A stretch of DNA of 32,000 nt from Candidatus Thorarchaeota archaeon. GTDB taxonomy: Archaea > Asgardarchaeota > Thorarchaeia > Thorarchaeales > Thorarchaeaceae. Below, one piece after another: positions 1 to 8,121 of the stretch (positions are counted from its first letter, which is position 1; every line of letters starts with the position of its first letter). The notes beneath the pieces are model-generated. The model ran no database searches. It was given only the letters and a program-made list of their open reading frames with translations, and was not told the DNA's origin. Where the stretch lies: the NCBI GenBank assembly GCA_003345555.1, contig PRDJ01000057.1:30001-62000 (forward strand). The letters are read 5' to 3'. The translations under genes were made by a program, and so were the position numbers.

Positions 1-1
1 G

Positions 2-355
2 GATGCAAACCATCATTTGCTGGAGCGCAGAACATCAGGAACAACTGGCACACTGTATGTACCTTCCGGGCAAGAAGTGGATTGGCGAAGCAACATACCA
101 TCATCTATCCACTTAGACGCCGGGGTCAAGGTGACTGGTCCTACCCTTGTATGCGAATCATGTCGCATAGAATCGGAATCCAGAATCGGCCCATTCGCAA
201 CAATCGGCCCGAACTGTCATGTCGGTGCGAGGACCATTATCGCAGAATCAATCCTATTCGAGCAATCTGAAGTACCGGGCGATGTCACTCTCGAGAATGC
301 GGCCGTTTATGGGCAGACACCGTACAGGAGCAAAACCAGATATGTCCCCCAGTAG
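2..355 (+). CDS. 5'-truncated NDP-sugar pyrophosphorylase (mannose-1-P guanylyltransferase/GlmU-like), C-terminal left-handed beta-helix
   Basis: Frame is open from the window edge (DANHHLLE...). Hexapeptide-like repeats follow: VKVTGPTLVCESCRIESESRIGPFATIGPNCHVGARTIIAESILF. Confidence 0.7.
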   Translation, partial: DANHHLLERRTSGTTGTLYVPSGQEVDWRSNIPSSIHLDAGVKVTGPTLVCESCRIESESRIGPFATIGPNCHVGARTIIAESILFEQSEVPGDVTLENAAVYGQTPYRSKTRYVPQ

Positions 356-956
356 GTTTCGGCTCAGACGCGTCTTCAGAAGACCCATTTCACTCGTGGC
401 TCGTCCGCTCGTGAAGGCGGGAGTTCGCCCTGATACAGTCAGCTATCTTTCGCTTCTTGCCGCGGTCATTGCGTGGCTCACACTTCTGATTTTGCACCTT
501 CCCGTCGAGTACGGAATACTTGTCTTCATCGTAGGCATTCTCGACGGATTGGATGGGGCTGTTGCAAGGGGAAGCGGTCGCGTTTCAAGAAGTGGTGCAC
601 TGACGGACTCGGTCGTTGATAAGGTCGCTGAAGTTGTGCTGCTCGTAGCAATAGGAACCGCATACCCCGATGATGTTGTCCTAGGCCTCCCTGTCAGCAT
701 TTGGGTCATTCTTTGCGTGTCGGGTTGGTTACTGACCAGTTACACTAGGTCAAGAGCCGAAGCGCTGGGTGTGACTGACTTGGATGTTGGTCTGGGTGGG
801 CGTTCTGAGCGTCTCTTAATCTTGGCAGTCTTCTCCATGCTCGGGTGTCTACTTTGGGGTCTGGTGGTGTCAACATTCTTGGGGTTACTTACTGCTGGCT
901 ATCGATTCAGTCACTACAAAGGCGAACTCGGAATTGCGGATCGAACCGTTTCTTAG
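342..956 (+). CDS. CDP-alcohol phosphatidyltransferase (archaetidylinositol-phosphate synthase/PgsA-like)
   Basis: Signature DGLDGAVARGSGRVSRSGALTDSVVDKVAE, SYTRSRAE and RSERL motifs, and several hydrophobic helices. Start moved to ATG 342, overlapping the upstream gene. Confidence 0.9.
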   Translation: MSPSRFRLRRVFRRPISLVARPLVKAGVRPDTVSYLSLLAAVIAWLTLLILHLPVEYGILVFIVGILDGLDGAVARGSGRVSRSGALTDSVVDKVAEVVLLVAIGTAYPDDVVLGLPVSIWVILCVSGWLLTSYTRSRAEALGVTDLDVGLGGRSERLLILAVFSMLGCLLWGLVVSTFLGLLTAGYRFSHYKGELGIADRTVS

Positions 957-1054
957 AGAGTGCCTCAATTCATCTCAGCATTTGTGACCACCATGCTTAA
1001 GAGTCGCCTCAGGCCGCGCGCCTCTTGAAATCATCAAGTGGGAGTCTCGCGACT

Positions 1055-1471
1055 ATGGCCAAGTTCAGAGCGGATCATTACTTGACGGCGGAGTTCGAGA
1101 AGGCTGATGCCAGCACAGATACAAAGAGGGTCTTAGAAGCGCTCCAAGGTATAAAGGAACTCAAGGATCTCGCCGTAGTTTCAAGGAAATTAGAGGGTAA
1201 ACAGTGGTCTGAGATTCTAGGGCGGGTAGACATTCCAGCTGGTTCGAGGGAGTTCTTCGCAATGATCAAGAAAGACACAACACCACGCGAGCCCTACAAC
1301 CTCTTCATAAGAATCGACATCAATCAAGAGGCCCCAGATATCGGCGCGGCCCGCGCGGCGGCGAAGGGCTGGATTGAAAGTGAGTTCGTGCCCAGAATCA
1401 GGGCGAAGATAATTGTAAGGTCAATAAGGGTTCTGCAGCCAGAAGAGCTATACCGACCCAGAATCAGCTAG
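1055..1471 (+). CDS. hypothetical protein (138 aa, soluble alpha/beta)
   Basis: Long ORF filling the gap, with ATG at 1055 and CTTAAG at 996-1001 upstream. No motif recognised. Confidence 0.65.
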   Translation: MAKFRADHYLTAEFEKADASTDTKRVLEALQGIKELKDLAVVSRKLEGKQWSEILGRVDIPAGSREFFAMIKKDTTPREPYNLFIRIDINQEAPDIGAARAAAKGWIESEFVPRIRAKIIVRSIRVLQPEELYRPRIS

Positions 1472-1478
1472 CACCGAA

Positions 1479-2483
1479 TCACGGTACGGCTGTGATGAGG
1501 TTCAAGTTGTTACCTATCGCCTGTACAATTTCCGTGTTACCGTCTCCATCGAAATCACCAAGTGCCAAGAGAGACTCCACGGGCTTTGGGGCGGTTTTCA
1601 GCGACGCATCTTGAATTAGCTCCTCGCCGTTGTAGGAGAGGAGCAGGATTGTTGAGTCTCTCAGGCTAAGTACAATATGCTGCAGGTGCGAGTCCTTCTG
1701 GAGGTGTCCCACTTGAAGGGAGCTCACTTCAGATGGCAATTTCAGGCCCGTCTTCATTTCTAGCTTGCTCTGCCCCATGGCAAGCAAACCAAGAGCGCGG
1801 CCGTCCGATACAATGACCACATCGTCATTCTTGTCCCCCGTTATGTTGCCTGTGGCTAGAAGATGCCCCTCGCCCCCCACAGTCAGTCTCGAAAGCTCCT
1901 GCAGCCTATCATCTGCATAATGGTACACATAAAGCGACCCAGAATCATCGCCGAATACAAGTCCGCTATATGGCATTCCTCTATTTCTCAAGGGCTGCAA
2001 AGAAAATGTTGGCCTATCTGTCGTCTTGTGGGCCAATTTGTCAAGGGATGCTTCGAACCATCCATAGCATCTCAATGCTCCGTCATTAGTAGCGACTATC
2101 ACTTCTGCTGTCTCATTGCCAACAACATTGGTGACACAGAGAGCAGTGGGGAGGCTGCCAAGTTGAACAGTGTCCCTTACAACCAATTTTCTTTCCACCG
2201 ACGATATCACTCGAAGGGCATTGTCGAGGCCGCCAACTATGAGGTCGGTGGTGCCAACGTCTGTGACGTTTCCTGTAGAAAGAGCAACTACGGGCGGTAG
2301 TCCTGTTGCCACAGATACTTGAACCAGTCTCGGCTTTCTGACGGTCTCGATACGCATGATTCTTACGTCGCCATCAATTGTCGAGACAACAAGGTTGCTA
2401 CGTTCTCGTCCGCTAAAGGCCGCCGCACTCAGGGACGTTATTGCTTCCTTTAATGAAAACTCAGCAATGACTCCCAGATTCAT
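1479..2483 (-). CDS. seven-bladed beta-propeller protein with FG-GAP-like repeats, no signal peptide
   Basis: Seven roughly 45-50 aa repeats, e.g. TGNVTDVGTTDLIVGG, TNVVGNETAEVIVAT, TGNITGDKNDDVVIV, LGDFDGDGNTEIV. GAGGT upstream of the ATG. Confidence 0.75.
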   Translation of the reverse strand: MNLGVIAEFSLKEAITSLSAAAFSGRERSNLVVSTIDGDVRIMRIETVRKPRLVQVSVATGLPPVVALSTGNVTDVGTTDLIVGGLDNALRVISSVERKLVVRDTVQLGSLPTALCVTNVVGNETAEVIVATNDGALRCYGWFEASLDKLAHKTTDRPTFSLQPLRNRGMPYSGLVFGDDSGSLYVYHYADDRLQELSRLTVGGEGHLLATGNITGDKNDDVVIVSDGRALGLLAMGQSKLEMKTGLKLPSEVSSLQVGHLQKDSHLQHIVLSLRDSTILLLSYNGEELIQDASLKTAPKPVESLLALGDFDGDGNTEIVQAIGNNLNLITAVP

Positions 2484-2655
2484 CTGGTGACGACCTCTTC
2501 GGTAGTACGATTACCGCGAGGTGGTTGGGAGTCGTGGACTTGATTTAAGACTTGTTCCACCGGTATCATCGATAGAGCCACAACCGTAATCGCACGGCTG
2601 TGCATGTAGTGATGCGCTTAAGACCTTCAGTGAATGATATGAGTGTGGATTGCCC

Positions 2656-3201
2656 ATGGATCAACACGATAGCAGCGTTTCCCTGAGTCCTGAGGCATGG
2701 GCCGCGTCGTCTGAGAGAGTAGCGGAGGAGTTGCGTTCGTTCATTAGGGACATGGGTTCCTTCTCCCCTGACTGGTTCGTGGAAGTCAAATTCCATCTAC
2801 TTCGACAGTCTGGACTGACCAAGGCGAGCAGAGCAGAACTGTGCAGGATATCAATCCAAGGAAGTCACTGCAAGAAGTGCGAGGAACTCTATGAGGCGAG
2901 GACTTGCCTGCTATGGTCTCGCCTGTTCTCGATGGCAAGAACCGCTGTGGACGACCGCTGTCCTCCGTGTATCAGGATAGCCCTCAGTAGGAACAGTCTC
3001 AAGACCGTAGCTAATTTCCTGACGAGCGCATACCTGATTGATGCTCCCTTCTACAAACACCGCAAAGCGTCATCCTGCAAGACTATGGCACAATGGGGGT
3101 ATTGCAGACCTGATGAATACTGTCGGGGAATAAAGAGTGGAAATCCTCTCGAATACATCTCTGCCAGGGAAAGAGTGAAGCTGGCTCGACCGATTCATTA
3201 A
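2656..3201 (+). CDS. small Cys-rich protein with a primase large subunit (PriL) C-terminal Fe-S-like domain
   Basis: PPC-x35-C-x8-C-x5-C followed by RGIKSGNPLEY, resembling the archaeal PriL FPPC...SC...C.PD..C..I.NPL.Y pattern. Alternative start is TTG 2650. Confidence 0.65.
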   Translation: MDQHDSSVSLSPEAWAASSERVAEELRSFIRDMGSFSPDWFVEVKFHLLRQSGLTKASRAELCRISIQGSHCKKCEELYEARTCLLWSRLFSMARTAVDDRCPPCIRIALSRNSLKTVANFLTSAYLIDAPFYKHRKASSCKTMAQWGYCRPDEYCRGIKSGNPLEYISARERVKLARPIH

Positions 3202-3283
3202 ACAATGCCTTGGGCCGCGTAGCTCCTTAAGTACACCTTACCGCATACTCACAGTGAGGTCGGATTCCTTGCCAAGGAAACGT

Positions 3284-4801
3284 ATGGAGACCGAGTCATC
3301 GCCGCCCGGAGACATGGACCCAGCTATTGCAGAACTCATCCGTTTGACAGGAATGCGGGAATCAGCTATTGTCACAGCCCGCAAGAGACAGGATGAGGCT
3401 TGGAAGGGAATTGGCGCAATACTCTCGGAACACAAACGCATCATTGCCATTGGTGGTCGGCATACTCGTCAAAAAGCAATTCAGGACCCTGTTCACGGGG
3501 CGATTATCCTAGATCCATGGGAACTGGATCTGATTTCCAGCTGGGAGATGCTGAGGCTCCGATACATTAAGCAGCTCGGGCCTGCCTGTATAGTCTATCC
3601 AGGAGCAACGCATACTCGATTCGAACACTGCCTTGGCACGAACTTTCTCACTCAGAAGTGCATTAGGGTCGTCAACTACTGTGAAGACCTTCGTGGTGCC
3701 TGCTTCAAGCCACTCTCCGAGCTACTTGACGCCGACCAGCAGAAAGTCTTCAGGGCTGCTGCCTTGCTACACGATGTTGGTCATCCTCCGACGTCACACA
3801 CAATCGAATTCCCGTTAAGATGCTGGACCGGTCTCACCCATGTTGACCTCGGTGAGTTGCTCATAATGCGTAGCGGTATCACGGAGATACTTGAGCAGAG
3901 TGGTATCGAACCGAGAGCGGTCGTGGATGTTCTCAAGCGTAGGAAGAGCGACCCAGTGCTGGATCTTCTGTCCGATTTTCTGGACTCGCCTCTCGATTTG
4001 GACAAGACTGACTATCTGATTCGTGATGCTCATTTCAGCGGTGTCCAGCTCGGGATCTTCCCTGCAGAGCGAATCATGCTGACAAACCGCGTGGTTCGCG
4101 ACTCTGAAGGCAAGTATGTGCGGGCATTCATGTTGAAGGCATTACACTCGCTTGAGGCACTGATTCTAAGCCGTAACTGGATGTTCTCAGACCTTTATCT
4201 GCATCATGCCGTCCGGGTCGCAGAAGCGCTTACGTCCAAAGCCACCTACTTCAGGATGAAGGAAGAGAAACTTTCCAAGAATGAGTGCATTGGCTTCTTC
4301 ACCAGGATGACCGATTCCGACCTATACCAGTGGCTTGGTGAGTCTAAGATTGATTTTGTTCGTGAGTACGTGGCTAGGATTAGGTACCGGAGACTGTTCA
4401 AAGTGGCCATATCAAGACCGATTGCTGCCCTTGAACCCGACGCAAGGAAGCGAGTCCTCGCCATGCTCTCCGACATTGATCGCCTCCTTGAAGCTGAGAC
4501 TGCGCTTGACGAGAACCCCGGGAGAGTGATAATTGATGTGCTGAATCCTGAACTGGGGTTCAGATTCCTATCGACTATTCCTCTCCTCATCGGGAAAGAA
4601 GACTCGGGCTTGGAGATAGCGAGTCTAAGAGACACAGATGAAGGGCGGCCTCTTGTACACGCATTGAACCAGCAGAGGTTCACCATTCCATCAGTCCGAG
4701 TTTACTGCGACCCAGAAATCGCGATTCACGTTAGGCGGCAGTTCCATAGAGAATTTCCGACAGTTCGACCTGAGCACAACGCAGAAGATGACTTCCAATG
4801 A
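3284..4801 (+). CDS. HD-domain phosphohydrolase, SAMHD1/dNTP triphosphohydrolase-like
   Basis: IQDPVHG, RLRYIKQLG, YPGATHTRFEHCLG, ALLHDVGH and DLDKTDYLIRD motifs. Start is uncertain (3254/3284/3314). Confidence 0.88.
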   Translation: METESSPPGDMDPAIAELIRLTGMRESAIVTARKRQDEAWKGIGAILSEHKRIIAIGGRHTRQKAIQDPVHGAIILDPWELDLISSWEMLRLRYIKQLGPACIVYPGATHTRFEHCLGTNFLTQKCIRVVNYCEDLRGACFKPLSELLDADQQKVFRAAALLHDVGHPPTSHTIEFPLRCWTGLTHVDLGELLIMRSGITEILEQSGIEPRAVVDVLKRRKSDPVLDLLSDFLDSPLDLDKTDYLIRDAHFSGVQLGIFPAERIMLTNRVVRDSEGKYVRAFMLKALHSLEALILSRNWMFSDLYLHHAVRVAEALTSKATYFRMKEEKLSKNECIGFFTRMTDSDLYQWLGESKIDFVREYVARIRYRRLFKVAISRPIAALEPDARKRVLAMLSDIDRLLEAETALDENPGRVIIDVLNPELGFRFLSTIPLLIGKEDSGLEIASLRDTDEGRPLVHALNQQRFTIPSVRVYCDPEIAIHVRRQFHREFPTVRPEHNAEDDFQ

Positions 4802-4825
4802 AATCCTGAGTCCAAGCATCATCGA

Positions 4826-5536
4826 TCAGAAATCATGCGTCGGGTCATTGTGTCTTTCTAGATGAGAGATAAGTCGTCTCACCTCATCCAAGCCCTGCTC
4901 AATGTACACGATTCCGTAGACAGCCTCCAGAAGTGTACCTTTTGTATGACTAATCTCAGACTTTGTAGGACTGGGCGGATCGAAATGAATGCGATAGTCA
5001 TAGAGCCCCCAGAGGTCACACAGCCATGCCAGATGTTCGTTGCTGACAAGTTCCGCCCGCGACTGGGTCAGCAGCCCTGCATCAGCAACCTTAGGACGCC
5101 ACAGATGATGAAGGACTGCCATTGAGATTGCTGCATCTCCAACTAGGGCCAAGACTTTAGCCATGTCACTCAGCGACTTCAGATTCACGAAAAGATCTGA
5201 ATCAGGAAATGACCTCTCATTCGCAAAATGAGTTTCAAGCTCAAGGAATAGGTTTCTCGTGCTGGGCTGGAACATTGCTATCGAGAGAAGCTCTGTCTCT
5301 TCAAAGTGCAATCCTACTATTGACGAAAGTCTTGGCACCAAGACGTTGCGAATCTGAGCCAGTGCAGAGATGATGGTCTCAAGCTGCTGTCTCCAGCGCT
5401 CAAGCCTGGCGAGTAGGCGTGTGTTCTGTCGTGGGATGTCTGCCGCACTGGAATTGACCCCGGCAAGCAACAATCCCAGCTTGTCTTCAATGCCTACGTG
5501 TTCCCAGTGCAGTTCCGTCCCTGTTCGGGTTCTCAT
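4826..5536 (-). CDS. stand-alone RNase III-domain protein (Mini-III-like, no dsRBD)
   Basis: GLHFEETELLSIAMFQPS (RNase III first helix), VLALVGDAAI, LTQSRAELVSNEHLA and GTLLEAVYGIVYIEQG. No C-terminal dsRBD. Confidence 0.8.
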   Translation of the reverse strand: MRTRTGTELHWEHVGIEDKLGLLLAGVNSSAADIPRQNTRLLARLERWRQQLETIISALAQIRNVLVPRLSSIVGLHFEETELLSIAMFQPSTRNLFLELETHFANERSFPDSDLFVNLKSLSDMAKVLALVGDAAISMAVLHHLWRPKVADAGLLTQSRAELVSNEHLAWLCDLWGLYDYRIHFDPPSPTKSEISHTKGTLLEAVYGIVYIEQGLDEVRRLISHLERHNDPTHDF

Positions 5537-6330
5537 ATCATGCCTTCTCCAGGGACTATGTGAGTTACCGCAGTCTTCTCTCCCTCATGACGTTGTATGT
5601 AAATGGCCGTGAGTGAGTACTGCATTGCGATAAGGCATAGTGCCAGCAAGATCACTGAAGGTCCTGTAGAGAGGTTCACAATGGGTTCGGACTCCGGCAG
5701 GGCCTCAAGAACAACCTTCTCAATATGTGCATAGGTCGCCATCAGGTCTCCTCTTATGCGTCCTTCCTCATAGCCTGCCACCTTGGCTGGCAGTTCATGC
5801 CAAGTGGTCTGCCATTTCTTTGTTACTCCTTCGGGCACATATCTGTCAATGTTCTTGCTGACCCCTCGGGCGAAGCGCTCTTGTTCAACAACCAGCCGGA
5901 GGAACTTGAAGTTGAATGTCATTTCCTTGGCATACCACATCATGAGCGGACGTGCATCTTCTGGTTGACCAATGGATGTGATCAGAGTGCCTGGCCTCGA
6001 AATGCCTAGAGCTCTTCTGGCAGACTGGATTGCTCTCGGGTGTAGCTCGAATATTCTTTGCTGCGAATCCTTTCTGCTCACGATTATGCCTAGGTCTTCC
6101 AGATGCTTTGTGTTGAAGTAGAGCTTGGGGTCGGTTACCTTGAAGTCGTCGGGTTTCACGTTCTTCATGCCTGCCTGAACTGCCTCAGCCATCATGTTCT
6201 TTCTGATGCTTTCTCTAAGTTCAGTCCCCGTCTTTGAGCCGCCTTCGAGCTGGTCCAGTATTATGCGACGAACCGCAACGCTCTGCACTTCCGCCTTGAC
6301 GAGCGTGTCCATGTGGTTTGAGAACATCAT
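5533..6330 (-). CDS. N-terminal winged-HTH fused to a CARF-like Rossmann domain
   Basis: wHTH: RRIILDQLEGGSKTGTEL...LYFNTKHLEDLGII...RIFEL. CARF-like part: TLITSIG, GDLMATYAHIEKVV, IVNLSTGPSVILLAL...IYI. ATGA overlap with the RNase III gene. Confidence 0.62.
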   Translation of the reverse strand: MMFSNHMDTLVKAEVQSVAVRRIILDQLEGGSKTGTELRESIRKNMMAEAVQAGMKNVKPDDFKVTDPKLYFNTKHLEDLGIIVSRKDSQQRIFELHPRAIQSARRALGISRPGTLITSIGQPEDARPLMMWYAKEMTFNFKFLRLVVEQERFARGVSKNIDRYVPEGVTKKWQTTWHELPAKVAGYEEGRIRGDLMATYAHIEKVVLEALPESEPIVNLSTGPSVILLALCLIAMQYSLTAIYIQRHEGEKTAVTHIVPGEGMI

Positions 6331-6726
6331 ATTCGGTCAAACTCTACTAACAATACTTCATATATATAATGTGTATATTCGCATAAGTGTTCCTGCATTT
6401 TCCCGGGCAAGAAGTGGGCGCGCACGATTATGAAATGACTCGGTGCAGTGGCGAATTTCGGCATGCTCAATGCCTCCGCCAAGAACCATCTAAGCCAGTT
6501 CTGACAAGTCGCATCTCTGCTGCCATTGCCAGAGGAAGAGAGGCATATACAGTATACATAGGTCATGTCGTTCTTTGTCGGATATGCCCGTTTTTTCGGA
6601 CTTATCTAAGATTCCCTTAAATGTCCCGGTCCGACTCTTCCTCTCAATTAGGGTTCTAGTAGGATGCTTCATGCATTCTGAATCTTAACACAAGTCAAAA
6701 ACAGAAAACAAGAGGACCGACACAAA

Positions 6727-7866
6727 TTGGCCGAAGACGAATTCCTGGGCGCAAAGCCAGTTGTCATCGACAATGGCACTGGACTTAGCAAAAACGGGTA
6801 TGCAGGAGAAGACCAACCACGAAGTGTCTGGCCGACGCTGATTGGCTATCCAAGATACGAGTCAATCATGACCGACGTAGATCACTACACTCGTGACTAC
6901 TATATCGGCGAGGAGGCCATCAACCTACGAGGTGTCTTGCGTCTTGTGTATCCTATTACTCACGGAGTAATTGATGACTGGGACGCTATCGAGAAGATCT
7001 GGTCGTACACATTCTATAACGACCTGAAAGTCGACCCGAGCGAGAATCCTGTGCTTCTTACAGAAGCTCCATTCAATCCGCGAGAGAACAGAGAGCGAAT
7101 GGCATCAGTGATGTTCGAGAACTTTGGAGTCCCAGCAGTGTATGTAGCGACGCAAGCAGTGCTGTCACTGTACGCGTCCGGAAGAACAACGGGTCTAGTC
7201 ATTGACTCGGGTGACGGTGTTACTCACATAGTCCCAATTTACGAAGGATTCGCGATTACACACGCTATCCGAAGAATCGACTTGGCTGGCCGTGACGTAA
7301 CGGAATACCTGCGTAGGCTGCTCAGACAGAGGGGTTACTCCTTCGTGAGCGGTGCTGAGAAAGAGATCGTTAGGGACATCAAGGAGAAGCTCTGCTATGT
7401 CGCCCTCGACCCTGAGAGGGAGAGAACAGTGGCTGACAAAGCAGGTGTCGACAAGCCCTACATGCTGCCAGACGGCGAGGTAATCACCGTTGGCGCTGAG
7501 AGGTTCCAAGCACCAGAGCTGTACTTCAACCCGAGCGCGATCGGCCTTGACACTTCGCCACTCGACGACCACATTGTCGAGTCAATCAAGGCGTGTGATG
7601 TGGACCTAAGACGTGATCTGTACGCGAACATCGTACTATCCGGTGGTTCAACTATGTTCCCAGGACTGAAGGAGAGACTCCACAAGGAAATCACCGAACT
7701 GGTCCCGGAGAACATCGAGGTCAGAATCATTGCTCCTCCGGAGAGACAATACTCGGTCTGGATTGGTGGAAGCATCCTTGCTTCACTCAAGACCTTCCAG
7801 AAGATGTGGGTGTCGAAGAAGGAGTTCGAGGAATCAGGCCCCGAAGTCATCCACCGCTGTATCTAA
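6727..7866 (+). CDS. Asgard actin (Lokiactin type)
   Basis: [97 protein letters not shown] start. Confidence 0.97.
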   Translation: MAEDEFLGAKPVVIDNGTGLSKNGYAGEDQPRSVWPTLIGYPRYESIMTDVDHYTRDYYIGEEAINLRGVLRLVYPITHGVIDDWDAIEKIWSYTFYNDLKVDPSENPVLLTEAPFNPRENRERMASVMFENFGVPAVYVATQAVLSLYASGRTTGLVIDSGDGVTHIVPIYEGFAITHAIRRIDLAGRDVTEYLRRLLRQRGYSFVSGAEKEIVRDIKEKLCYVALDPERERTVADKAGVDKPYMLPDGEVITVGAERFQAPELYFNPSAIGLDTSPLDDHIVESIKACDVDLRRDLYANIVLSGGSTMFPGLKERLHKEITELVPENIEVRIIAPPERQYSVWIGGSILASLKTFQKMWVSKKEFEESGPEVIHRCI

Positions 7867-7880
7867 GCGCGATAGTTTCC

Positions 7881-7907
7881 GAAGGAGCGGCTGCAAAGCC
7901 CTCCTTC
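7881..7907 (+). repeat. 27-bp hairpin element, copy 1 (3' of actin; possible terminator or stabiliser)
   Basis: GAAGGAG-C-GGCT-GCAA-AGCC-CTCCTTC, with TTTTT at 7915-7919. 23/27 identical to 10569-10595. Confidence 0.7.
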
Positions 7908-8022
7908 AGGCTCATTTTTCTGATGTTCTTGGACGTGAGCACAAGGCATCTGGTTCATCAAGCGAGTTGCCGAATCCTTGACTGCAATGTAGGCGCTTTC
8001 ACAGCATCTCTTATTAGAGGCG

Positions 8023-8038
8023 TTCACTTGAAAGTGAA
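8023..8038. promoter_or_regulatory. perfect inverted repeat, candidate operator upstream of the radical SAM gene
   Basis: TTCACTT-GA-AAGTGAA in intergenic DNA about 85 bp before GTG 8122. Confidence 0.3.
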
Positions 8039-8121
8039 AGGCCGGCGGTCTGGAAGATGCTACAAACAAGCACCCTTCTGGGCAATTCTGCATGTCTTTC
8101 ATGATAGACGAGGACGCCTAA

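Noticed and set aside
219-341. N-terminal extension of the CDP-alcohol transferase ORF
   Set aside because: It overlaps the coding frame of the upstream nucleotidyltransferase. ATG 342 gives a family-typical start.
7881-7907. Hairpin as a SECIS element
   Set aside because: The GAA is fully paired with TTC, there is no AUGA/GA quartet, and neither upstream gene has an in-frame TGA.
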